NCBI GenBank assembly: GCA_963735055.1
Contig: CAVTJN010000005.1
Span: 5,804-69,803, forward strand
Direction: 5' to 3'
DNA: 64,000 nt
From: an uncultured Chloroflexia bacterium
Lineage (GTDB): Bacteria > Chloroflexota > Dehalococcoidia > Dehalococcoidales > UBA2162
Shown here: positions 38,604 through 47,533 of the stretch, in pieces
How the letters are laid out: every line of letters begins with the position of its first letter
Position numbering within the stretch: position 1 is the first letter of the stretch
Program-made: the position numbers and the translations under genes
The notes under the pieces: model-generated
Databases searched by the model: none
The model's input: only the letters and a program-made list of their open reading frames with translations
Told to the model about the DNA's origin: nothing

Positions 38604-41078
38604 ATGGCACTACCACAAGACCCACCGCAAGAGCCGACCGATCCCGAAGAAACGCTGTGCACTTCCTGTGAATTGGGTGGCCCGCTGCTGATTCACGTGA
38701 AGAACGGAAGAATAGTCAGAGTGAGACCCCTGCCGTTGACGGAGGATGATGTCAAATCGGCTCACTGGAAAATAACGGTGGGCGACAAGACCTTCGAACC
38801 TCCGACCCGCACTACGGTGACCCCTTACGGAGTCGGCATTCGAGGCCGCATATACAACCCGCTCAGGCTGAGATACCCCTTGAAGAGAGTCGGGTTCAAG
38901 CCAGGCGGCAAAGACACTGTCGAGAACCGGGGCAAAGGGGAGTTCGTCCGCATCAGTTGGGACGAAGCTCTAGACACGACCGCCCAGGAAATATCGAGAA
39001 TCAAGAAGACCTACGGTCCGGCGGCGATTCTGCCGGAGATCGGGGGCCACAGCATGTGGGGCTTCATCCACGGCGGCTATAACAGGCGATTTTTTGACAT
39101 TTTGGGGTCGATGAGGCAGATGTCCAATCCCAACAGCTGGGAAGGGTGGTTCTGGGGCGCCGTTCACGCCTGGGGTTTCCAGAAGACGATCGGCACTCCC
39201 GATAATACCAACCTGTTGCAGGACGTGATGAAGAACTCGCAGCTGCTCGTCTTCTGGTCGAATGACCCGGAAGCTAACTGGGGCTACGGGGGGCAAGATA
39301 GCCTTATCTGGCGGCTGTGGCTGCGTGAGCTGGGAATCAAGCAGATATACATCGACCCGTTCTGCAACTTCACCGCCAGACGTTTCGCCCACAAGTGGAT
39401 TGCTCCAAGGCCGGCCACCGATGCGGCGCTTGCCGCAGCTATCGCCTACGTGTGGATAGCTGAAGGGACTTACGATAGGGAGTACGTGGCGACGCACACC
39501 GTTGGCTTCGATAAGTGGAAAGAATACATTCTGGGGGACGAAGATGGCGTCCGGAAGACGCCAGAGTGGGCGGAGCATATCAGCGGGGTCGAGGCCGGAG
39601 TGATCCGGGCATTAGCCAGGGATTGGGCATCGAAGAGAACGACTCTCTGTATCAGGGCGGGGATGGGAGGCGCCTGCCGGGCGCAGGGCGGCACCGAGTG
39701 GGCGAGGATGATGGTCCTTCTCCAGGGAATGCAGGGCCTTGGGAAGCCCGGCGTGACCATATGGGACAGCCAGAGCGGATCTCCTCTGAATCTGGATTTC
39801 AAGTTTCCGTCCTACCGTCCAGCGCCAGTGGACCTATTCGCCAAGACACACCCCACCAATCCCGTGGACCAGTATGTGTACAGACTCAGACTCCCCGAGG
39901 CGATACTGAACCCGCCGATACATTGGACCGGCGCCGGTACCAACTGCACCCAGTGGGGCGCTGACTATCAGTTCAAGAAGTACACGTATCCGGAGCCTGG
40001 GGACACCGAACTAAGAATGATTTACCGGTTGGGCGGCAACTACTTCGGCACGCTTCCAGAAGGCAGGAGATGGATGCAGGCCTATCAGAGCCCGAAGATC
40101 GAGTTTATGGTGGGTCAGACGATCTGGATGGAGGCCGAGACACCCTTCATGGACATTGTGCTTCCCGCCTGTACCCACTATGAGAGCACTGATATCAGTG
40201 AGTGGGCGTCCACGGATTTCAACGTCTGGAGAACCAACCATCGAGTGATTGTGTATCACCAGAAATGCATCGATCCGCTATACGAGTCGAAGACCGATAT
40301 GGATATCTTCACTTTGCTGGCAGAAAAGCTGGGGTTCAAGGAGCAGATGACTGAAGGGAACACGGTGGAGGACTGGATCAGGAAGACTTTCGAAGCAAGC
40401 GACATCACGAAATACATGACTTACGAGGAGTTCAAGAAGAAGGGGTACTTTGTGGTCCCGGTCCCTGACAATTACGACCCCAAGCCCGCCTTTAGATCTT
40501 TCCATGAGACTGGAACTGGTCTCGACACGCCCACGGGCAAGATTGAGTTCGAGTCGCAACGAATCCGCAAATACCTGCCTGATGACGAAGAGAGACCGCC
40601 GGTACCCCACTATGTCCCGTCCTGGGAAGGGCACGCTACCACGCCGCTGGTCAACAAGTTCCCGCTGCAAATGATCATCCCACATTCGAAGTTCTCCTAC
40701 CACAGTCATGGAGAACTGGACCCTTGGATCAGCGACATATGGATGCACCGGGTGTTCAAAAACGGATATCGCTACCGTCCCCTGCAAATCCATCCCGTTG
40801 ATGCCAACGCGAGAAGCATCGAGAATGGCGACATCGTGAAGGTATACAACGACAGGGCCACCGTCCTCCTGGTGGCATCGGTTACGGAAAAGATCAGGCC
40901 AGGCACGGTTCACGCTCGTGTTGCCGCGAAGTACGACCCCATTGAGCCAGGGAATCCCGACTCCATCGACCGGGGAGGGGCCGTGAACCTGCTCACCTCT
41001 GCCAGATTCTTGGCCGCCAACGTGCCGGGCCAGGTCGCACAGTGCCTGGTCGAAGTTCAGAAATGGGGAGGCCAATAG
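38604..41078 (+). CDS. Molybdopterin oxidoreductase large subunit, pyrogallol-phloroglucinol transhydroxylase (AthL/BthL)-like; cytoplasmic (no Tat signal, no N-terminal FeS Cys motif)
   Basis: 824 aa. The stretches GGPLLIHVKNGRIVRVRPL, ISWDEALDT..EISRIKKTYGPAAI, NPNSWEGWFWGAVHAWGF, LVFWSNDPEAN, ACRAQGGTEWARMM and LPACTHYESTDISEWA match my recollection of the Pelobacter transhydroxylase alpha subunit. Confidence 0.8.
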   Translation: MALPQDPPQEPTDPEETLCTSCELGGPLLIHVKNGRIVRVRPLPLTEDDVKSAHWKITVGDKTFEPPTRTTVTPYGVGIRGRIYNPLRLRYPLKRVGFKPGGKDTVENRGKGEFVRISWDEALDTTAQEISRIKKTYGPAAILPEIGGHSMWGFIHGGYNRRFFDILGSMRQMSNPNSWEGWFWGAVHAWGFQKTIGTPDNTNLLQDVMKNSQLLVFWSNDPEANWGYGGQDSLIWRLWLRELGIKQIYIDPFCNFTARRFAHKWIAPRPATDAALAAAIAYVWIAEGTYDREYVATHTVGFDKWKEYILGDEDGVRKTPEWAEHISGVEAGVIRALARDWASKRTTLCIRAGMGGACRAQGGTEWARMMVLLQGMQGLGKPGVTIWDSQSGSPLNLDFKFPSYRPAPVDLFAKTHPTNPVDQYVYRLRLPEAILNPPIHWTGAGTNCTQWGADYQFKKYTYPEPGDTELRMIYRLGGNYFGTLPEGRRWMQAYQSPKIEFMVGQTIWMEAETPFMDIVLPACTHYESTDISEWASTDFNVWRTNHRVIVYHQKCIDPLYESKTDMDIFTLLAEKLGFKEQMTEGNTVEDWIRKTFEASDITKYMTYEEFKKKGYFVVPVPDNYDPKPAFRSFHETGTGLDTPTGKIEFESQRIRKYLPDDEERPPVPHYVPSWEGHATTPLVNKFPLQMIIPHSKFSYHSHGELDPWISDIWMHRVFKNGYRYRPLQIHPVDANARSIENGDIVKVYNDRATVLLVASVTEKIRPGTVHARVAAKYDPIEPGNPDSIDRGGAVNLLTSARFLAANVPGQVAQCLVEVQKWGGQ

Positions 41079-41909
41079 ATGGGACAGAGAGCACTGGTCA
41101 TCGACGTGACCAAATGCACGGCGTGCTTCGATTGTTTCATCGCCTGCAAAGATGAGTTTGCAGGACAATCCTGGCCACCGTATTCAGAGGCTCAACCGGA
41201 TATGGGACAATCATGGATGCTCGTTGACGAGATAGAGCGGGGGCAATTCCCTCACGTGAAAGGTACGTTCGTCCCACAACCCTGCATGCTCTGTCAGGAC
41301 CCTCTTTGTGTCAAGGCAGCCAAGGACGGCGGCGCGTACCGGAGAGCAGACGGCATCGTAATCTTCGATCCACAGAAAAGTAAGGGTCAAAAAGGGATCG
41401 CGACCGCGTGCCGCTATGGCCGCGCCTTCTGGAACGAAGAGCTTAAGATCCCACAGAAATGCGACTTCTGCGCCCATCTGCTCGACAAGGGTTGGAAGGA
41501 GCCGCGGTGCGTGGAGGTCTGTCCGGCAAGAGTGTTCACATTCGGAGAGAAGGATGAGTTGCAGGAACTCATCGCCAAAGCAGAGCCACTTCATCCGGAA
41601 TACGGGACCGATCCGGCGGTCTACTATATCGGCCTGCCCAAGACTTTCGTTTCAGGCAGTGTGTATGGCGACGATACCAGGGACTGTCTGGAAGGTGTCG
41701 AGGTGACCCTGGTTGACAGGGCGACCGGAAATGGGCTGCCTGTAAAGACCAACAACTATGGGGATTTTGAATTCGACGGGCTTGAGGCAGGTGGTAGCTA
41801 CCGGCTGATCGTGAAAGCGGAAGGCTACTACCCGGTATCATTTGAAGACATACTCCTGGACAAAGACTTGCATCTGGGCAACATCTTCCTCAAAACGGTC
41901 ATAGCATAG
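41079..41909 (+). CDS. Transhydroxylase-like beta subunit: 4Fe-4S ferredoxin domain plus a C-terminal carboxypeptidase-regulatory-like beta-sandwich
   Basis: ATG immediately after the alpha-subunit stop. Cys motifs CTACFDCFIACKD, CMLCQDPLCV, CDFCAHLL..PRCVEVCP. C-terminal VSGSVYGD...GDFEFDGLEAGGSYRLIVKAEGY. Confidence 0.8.
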   Translation: MGQRALVIDVTKCTACFDCFIACKDEFAGQSWPPYSEAQPDMGQSWMLVDEIERGQFPHVKGTFVPQPCMLCQDPLCVKAAKDGGAYRRADGIVIFDPQKSKGQKGIATACRYGRAFWNEELKIPQKCDFCAHLLDKGWKEPRCVEVCPARVFTFGEKDELQELIAKAEPLHPEYGTDPAVYYIGLPKTFVSGSVYGDDTRDCLEGVEVTLVDRATGNGLPVKTNNYGDFEFDGLEAGGSYRLIVKAEGYYPVSFEDILLDKDLHLGNIFLKTVIA

Positions 41910-41916
41910 CGGTCGA

Positions 41917-43164
41917 TCATAGCCAGCCGTATTCCAGGACCGATTCTACGATGGCCCTTACGTTCTGCGGATTGGCTTCGTCCGGTATGCCGACGTCACC
42001 GTTCATAATGAACCCGCCATTCTTGCCGACCACTTCGATGAGATTCTTGCAGTAAGCCTTGACCTGTGTTGGCGTTCCGTGGATCAGAAGAGAGGACGGG
42101 ACTCCTCCTTCAATACACACCGTGTCCCCCAGGACTTCCTTCGCCTTGATGAGGTCAGTGCGCTCAAACCAGTACACCGCCTTACCCTTGGGGATGTCTT
42201 TGATCACTTCCAGACGAGAAGTGCAGTCGCCTTCAAAGAGCGGGTTGGGCGTGAAGCCGGCGTCGATACACGCAAGCATGAGCTTCTTCAGGGAAGGCCA
42301 GTAGAAGGTTCTGAACTGATCAGAGGACATGAACCCGTCGAGACCCTTGTGCAGGGGAATGAAAACCCGGTTGGCGCCGCGGGTCTTCGCCGCTGACGTC
42401 CCCTGTTGGATAATGGACGGAAGTACCTTGTCGATGGCAGCCAGCAGTTTGTCCGGGTTCCGGTACATGTCAAGCATTATTCCACGCGTCCCTCTGAAGA
42501 AGTCCCCCAGGTAGTCGAACGGCGCGTAGGTCGAAGCGGCGAACTGGCGCGGAAACCCCAGGGTTTCCATCTCTCTGGTGAGACTAACGGCGGCTGCCAC
42601 CATTTTGGACGCTTCCCGCCCGGCCTTGATGAGAGATTCGAGGGCCTCCGACACCTCCGGCTTTCCGAAGAAGGACACGTATGACACCATTCGGGTATAC
42701 CATGCCCAACTTAGCGGACGCAGCCCCGCCAGCGGCTCCAGTGAACCCCAGGCACGAGGCAGAAAGCGCCGCAGCAGGAAATCCGAGGGATCGTCAATGA
42801 AGGCATCGTACTCCTCAGCTTTCATGTATTCGCCTTCTACAAACTGGTAGGTAACGTCAGGCTTCCCGTGGTGCCCGGGCCAGACCAGTTGCCGGTAGTC
42901 CAGTATCTCGAGCGTCGGCGCCCAGGCAAGGATCCGGAAGGTATCGGGAAAGACATCCGGCTGAAAATCAGCCATGAACTTCTTCATGGCCGTGGCCAGT
43001 TTGCCGTAATCGTGCATGGCTTCCTGGAAACTCAGACCGGCGTATGTCGCCGGGAAGAAGGTCGCGAAGGGGGCGAAAGGGACCCGGTCCGGTTGTCTCA
43101 GGCTAACAGCATCCTGGATTCTTTGAACACGCTCCTGCAAGAGTTCCTCTGTCTGCTTCGTCAT
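41917..43164 (-). CDS. Uroporphyrinogen decarboxylase (URO-D) family protein, MtaA/CmuA-like methyltransferase fold
   Basis: 415 aa. N-terminal ..PDRVPFAPFATFF.. and C-terminal ..GGFIMNGDVGIPDEANPQNVRAIVESVLEYG are typical of the URO-D superfamily. Confidence 0.75.
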   Translation of the reverse strand: MTKQTEELLQERVQRIQDAVSLRQPDRVPFAPFATFFPATYAGLSFQEAMHDYGKLATAMKKFMADFQPDVFPDTFRILAWAPTLEILDYRQLVWPGHHGKPDVTYQFVEGEYMKAEEYDAFIDDPSDFLLRRFLPRAWGSLEPLAGLRPLSWAWYTRMVSYVSFFGKPEVSEALESLIKAGREASKMVAAAVSLTREMETLGFPRQFAASTYAPFDYLGDFFRGTRGIMLDMYRNPDKLLAAIDKVLPSIIQQGTSAAKTRGANRVFIPLHKGLDGFMSSDQFRTFYWPSLKKLMLACIDAGFTPNPLFEGDCTSRLEVIKDIPKGKAVYWFERTDLIKAKEVLGDTVCIEGGVPSSLLIHGTPTQVKAYCKNLIEVVGKNGGFIMNGDVGIPDEANPQNVRAIVESVLEYGWL

Positions 43165-43266
43165 GTCTGCGCACCTCCCGTCTTGACCGACATCATATCG
43201 CAGCCTGCAAAGGAACGAAAGCCGGCGAATTATGCAGGCCGGTGCAGGAGACGCTTCGTCGGCAGC

Positions 43267-43770
43267 CTAGAGATGGACGATCTTGACGTCGACCTGGCCG
43301 TCGCGAACGTCGAGAATACCGACCGTACCCAGGCCACGCTGATAGTTCAGAAACGTCGGGCTGCCCGGGTTGACGAAGAGAATACCGTGCGACCGCTCGA
43401 CGGTCGTCCGGTGCTCGTGGCCAAAGACAACGATGTCCGGCAGTTCCTCCGGGTTCCCGCCGGGCAAGAAGGTTGGCTGTCCGAGGCCGTACGGCCGCTG
43501 GTGGACGAGCCACAGCTTATGCCCCTCTAGTGCCAGGACGTGCTTCGACTTGATGCGCTGGTCCCTCTCCATCGTGGCCACGGAATCATCGTCGCCCAGA
43601 GCGGCCAGCACGGGGGCGATCGTAGCCAGATCGTCAAGGACGGTCGTGAAGTAAATATCACCGGCGTGAAGCACCAGCTCGACGCCTTCGAAGGCCTTCC
43701 TTACCTCCGGCATGGGAAGCTCTTTCACAGCGTCCGGGACGTGACTGTCCGACAGCAATCCAACGCGCAC
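43267..43770 (-). CDS. YfcE/MJ0936-type metallophosphoesterase
   Basis: GTG start. Motifs LLSDSH, HAGDI, GDDD, VFGHEHR, NPGS. Confidence 0.8.
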   Translation of the reverse strand: MRVGLLSDSHVPDAVKELPMPEVRKAFEGVELVLHAGDIYFTTVLDDLATIAPVLAALGDDDSVATMERDQRIKSKHVLALEGHKLWLVHQRPYGLGQPTFLPGGNPEELPDIVVFGHEHRTTVERSHGILFVNPGSPTFLNYQRGLGTVGILDVRDGQVDVKIVHL

Positions 43771-44303
43771 AGTTGTTCTTCTCGGCGTCCAGGCTATATC
43801 AAACTGTTACCTGGTCAGAACTCCACCATAACGTTGACAAGTCCGGGTGAATTGGTACCTGCGACCTGAGGTATGGATACGAGGGTTCGGCCGGTGACCT
43901 TCTCCAGCGTGTCAGGGTCAACTCTTGCTCCCGGGATCGATTGTACCTCGGCAAAAACGGGGGGATGGGAAGAAACACAGGACGGCCCACCACAAACCGC
44001 CCCGTGTTTCTCCACTCAGGAGGAGGTAACGAAAGCCGCACGCACTCGTCTGCGACCGGCTCCGGAACTGACTCGGCGAACGGCTGGTCAAGGTAACCTC
44101 TCCTTGCCACCAAAGCTCGCTCCTGGCCGCGATTCGGTCATGACCGCACTGACTCCCCCCAGGCATCGATGATGCAGAAAGGATCCCTGTTGAGGTGACG
44201 GCGCGAGCTCAACCGGTGACTCACCTCTTTGCGATGACTGCCGGATTCAGACACCTGACTCTCTCTGCCATATTCTTATCCCCCCGTCTATCAAGTCCGC
44301 GTG

Positions 44304-46136
44304 CTAGTGACCCATGGACTTCTTCAGGGTCTGGTCAACCCAGGCATACTGGATCGAATTGAACCCGTTCATGTACCCAACGCTGCTGATGCCGTAGAAG
44401 TTCTTGACCCATGGTTGCCAGATGGTATAGGAAGCCGGGCTTGGAAAAGGAATCGCCCAGGCCTGGTCCAGAGCATATTTCATGAGCTCCTTGTGGATCT
44501 TGTCGGCCTGAGCTGTGTCGGTAAGGGACAAGGCCATCATCTTGGTCCGTGCCTCTTCGACCTTCGGATCATTCACATAGCTCTCGTTAGTCATGGTGTT
44601 TCCGTACAAGGAGGCAGCCTGATACAGGTTGGTGATCGGAGAGTACGTCCCGTAGATGATTTGGTCAAAAGATCGAGCTCTATAGATTGAGGTCCAAGCC
44701 CCGTTTTCTTTCGAGTCGATGGTCAGATCCACCCCTATTTTGGCCCACATTAGCTTGATCATTGAGTAATAGTCGATCACGGTGCCGGTGGAGTCGGTCT
44801 GCGGAGTGATCACGCTGGTCTTGAACCCGCTGGGCAGACCGGCATCGCCTAGAAGCTGTTTCGCTTTGGTGGGGTTGTAGCTGTAGAGTTCTTTTACTGA
44901 CGCCGGGCACTCAGGGTCGTCAAGTCCCAGATACGCGTCTTTGAATTCTACCCAATAGCCAATGGGCCACGTCAGGGTCCTGGCATTCGGTCCATAGAGG
45001 TTCTTGTTAATTGCATCGAAGTCAATCGCCATCATCAGTGCCCGCCGCACCCTGACGTCGTTGAACGGCGCCTTATCGGTACGCAAGGAGGTTACGGTCG
45101 CGGCCCCGGAACGGCCCCCTTCGAGGTACCTGACATCGGGTATCTGCTTCTGGAGAATGGGAAAGTCTTCCCAGTTGACCGCGCCCAGCCTATCTATTTT
45201 CCCGGTTCTCATGGCAGCCTGCCTGGTGGAGACGTCGGTGATGATGAGTGCCTTGACGCTATCTACATACGGAAGCTGGTTACCCTTACCCGGACCGATC
45301 GGGTCTTTAGCCCAGTATTTCGGGTTCTTCACAAAGGTCAGCGAGCTGTTGTCAACGAAATCAGTAATCATAAACGGCCCGGTGCCGACCGAGTTGCGCC
45401 AGTCGATCATGTTGCCGTACTTCTGCACGACCTCGGGCGGAACGATATGGACGCATTCGGTAACGCGGATAAGGGCGTTTGTCATGCTTGTGGGTGCTGC
45501 CACGAACTTCACAGTGTATTTGTCCGGAGCGGTGATACTTGCCGTCCTGAGGTCCGGATAGGCGCTGTAAAGATAGGCCCTCGAGTTCGTGAACACCTGC
45601 TTCAGTGAGAATACAACATCGGCGGCAGTGAGTTCCCGCCCGTTTACCAGCTTACTAGCTTCGCTATCTGGATTGAGGGCCCAGTGGATGCCTTTCCTGA
45701 TATTGAAAGTGAGCGCTCCCTCATCAAAGTTGAAGTCCCAGCTCTCGGCAATGGCGCCGGTGTCGAATTGAATCCGGAAGGCGCCCCAGGTAGTCTGATT
45801 GGCGCCAGCCGGCCCCTTGGTCCAGTCTCCGACGAACAGGTCTTCGTTAGTCATCTGCAACGTATTCATTTCGGGCGGGCCGAAGAAGCCATATACTTCA
45901 TCGAAGTCGCCTACGTTCAAATACAATCCAAGAATAACTTGCCCGCCATACTGGGGTTTGTCAGCGGGTGGCGTGGTAGCCACCGGGGCCGACGTCGTCT
46001 TGGTCGGGGCTGTGGTGGTCGGTGCACCGGGGGTCTGGGTGGTCGTCGTAGGCTCCTGGGACGGAGCGCACGAAGCCAGCAGGAGACCGGCAACCGTAAG
46101 GCAAATCAATGCCCTCACTATTGTGTTCTTAGTCAA
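44304..46136 (-). CDS. Family-5 substrate-binding lipoprotein
   Basis: TTG start after GGAGG. Lipobox LLLASCAP, Thr/Pro linker, PQYGG, NPKYWAKDPIGPGKGNQLPYVD. Confidence 0.9.
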   Translation of the reverse strand: MTKNTIVRALICLTVAGLLLASCAPSQEPTTTTQTPGAPTTTAPTKTTSAPVATTPPADKPQYGGQVILGLYLNVGDFDEVYGFFGPPEMNTLQMTNEDLFVGDWTKGPAGANQTTWGAFRIQFDTGAIAESWDFNFDEGALTFNIRKGIHWALNPDSEASKLVNGRELTAADVVFSLKQVFTNSRAYLYSAYPDLRTASITAPDKYTVKFVAAPTSMTNALIRVTECVHIVPPEVVQKYGNMIDWRNSVGTGPFMITDFVDNSSLTFVKNPKYWAKDPIGPGKGNQLPYVDSVKALIITDVSTRQAAMRTGKIDRLGAVNWEDFPILQKQIPDVRYLEGGRSGAATVTSLRTDKAPFNDVRVRRALMMAIDFDAINKNLYGPNARTLTWPIGYWVEFKDAYLGLDDPECPASVKELYSYNPTKAKQLLGDAGLPSGFKTSVITPQTDSTGTVIDYYSMIKLMWAKIGVDLTIDSKENGAWTSIYRARSFDQIIYGTYSPITNLYQAASLYGNTMTNESYVNDPKVEEARTKMMALSLTDTAQADKIHKELMKYALDQAWAIPFPSPASYTIWQPWVKNFYGISSVGYMNGFNSIQYAWVDQTLKKSMGH

Positions 46137-46381
46137 GTACTATGCCTCCAATCATGTTTTACTAAGGACTGATATCCTCATCCTGACGAGTCGCAGTTAC
46201 ATGGAATCCGCGCTTGTATTGACCAGCGTAAGTCTCCTCGAGTAACACACCCCTTTGGGACAAAGGCCTTGGTGAGCCGGCGCTTCTAGTAATCTCGGGC
46301 CGCCACTGCCCTCCCGCCTTCGTCCATATTCCTTAGCCTGCCCTGACTGCCTGACGCCACGCGGAAGACGCTTCCTGACGC

Positions 46382-47518
46382 CTAGACGTTAAGCATCATG
46401 GCTATCTTTTCACGGTGAAAGTCGCTATCGCCGTAAGTTGCCTCACCCGCCTTGGCACGCTTGAGATACAAGTGCATGTCATGATCCCACGTGTACCCGA
46501 TACCCCCGTGTACCTGAATCCCGTCAAAAGCTGCCTGCTTGTAGGTTTCTCCGCACCACGCTTTGGCCATTGAGGCCGCCAGAGCCATGTCGTGGTCATT
46601 CTCCATTATTGTCCATGCTGCGTAGTAAGTGATGGACGTTGCACCCTCAACCTGAACGGCGAGGTTGGAGAGTTTGTGCTGGATGGCCTGAAAGCTGCCG
46701 ATGGGACGCCCGAACGCGATTCTCATCTTCGAATAGTCGATGGACGCATCCATGGCCCAACGCGCCCCGCCTGTCATCCAGGCAGATTCAGCCACCTGGG
46801 CCTCGACCAGGATTCTCTTCACGATCGGCCAGCCTTTGTCCAATTCGCCCAGCATGTCTTTTGCGGGCACGCGCACGTTGTCAAATGTGACCTCACATAT
46901 TGGCTCGCCGGTCATGGTCTTCAACTTCTCAGTCGTAACACCCACTGCCCTTGCATCTACCAGAAAGAGGGTAATGCCGTCTTCGTCATCACGTTTGCCT
47001 CCCGTCCTTGTCACACACAGGAAATGGTCGGCGACGTGGGCACAGGGCACGAACAGTTTCGTCCCGTTGATGACAAAACCGTCTCCCGACGGAGTGGCCG
47101 TAACCGCGACATCCGATGCCTCAAGGCCGCCGCCGGCTTCCATGAATGCGAAGGTCATTATCACGTCGCCACTCGCTATTGCGGAAAGAAACCGCTGCTT
47201 CTGCTCTTCGTTACCGGCCGCCAGGATGGGGCGTCCGCTCAGCACCACGGTCGGAACAAATGGCCCCGGCAACAGCGCCCGGCCGCACTCCTCGAGAAGC
47301 ACCACCAGATCTAGAAAGCTGCTTCCGACACCGCCGTACTTTTCAGGAAAGGCGAGCCCAAGCCAGCCCAGGTCCGCGATCTTCTTCCACAGCTCCGGAG
47401 AGTATCCCTTTTCGTCCTCCATCATCGCCCTGACGAGTTTCTTGGGGCATTCTTTGTCGAGAAACTCCCGGGCTGAGGTCTTCAGCATGACCTGTTCTTC
47501 ATCAAGTTCGAAATTCAT
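46382..47518 (-). CDS. Acyl-CoA dehydrogenase family protein (short type, 378 aa)
   Basis: ACAD N/M/C domain pattern. The C-terminus ..GGIGYTWDHDMHLYLKRAKAGEATYGDSDFHRE has no Glu at the MCAD YEGT position. Confidence 0.85.
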   Translation of the reverse strand: MNFELDEEQVMLKTSAREFLDKECPKKLVRAMMEDEKGYSPELWKKIADLGWLGLAFPEKYGGVGSSFLDLVVLLEECGRALLPGPFVPTVVLSGRPILAAGNEEQKQRFLSAIASGDVIMTFAFMEAGGGLEASDVAVTATPSGDGFVINGTKLFVPCAHVADHFLCVTRTGGKRDDEDGITLFLVDARAVGVTTEKLKTMTGEPICEVTFDNVRVPAKDMLGELDKGWPIVKRILVEAQVAESAWMTGGARWAMDASIDYSKMRIAFGRPIGSFQAIQHKLSNLAVQVEGATSITYYAAWTIMENDHDMALAASMAKAWCGETYKQAAFDGIQVHGGIGYTWDHDMHLYLKRAKAGEATYGDSDFHREKIAMMLNV

Positions 47519-47533
47519 ACTTGTCCGCTCCCT

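Noticed and set aside
43771-44303. Possible RNase P RNA, tmRNA, SRP RNA or cobalamin riboswitch
   Set aside because: The short resemblances (aagtccggg, gccaggag) are not accompanied by the other conserved blocks of these RNAs. The region is left as an unexplained gap.
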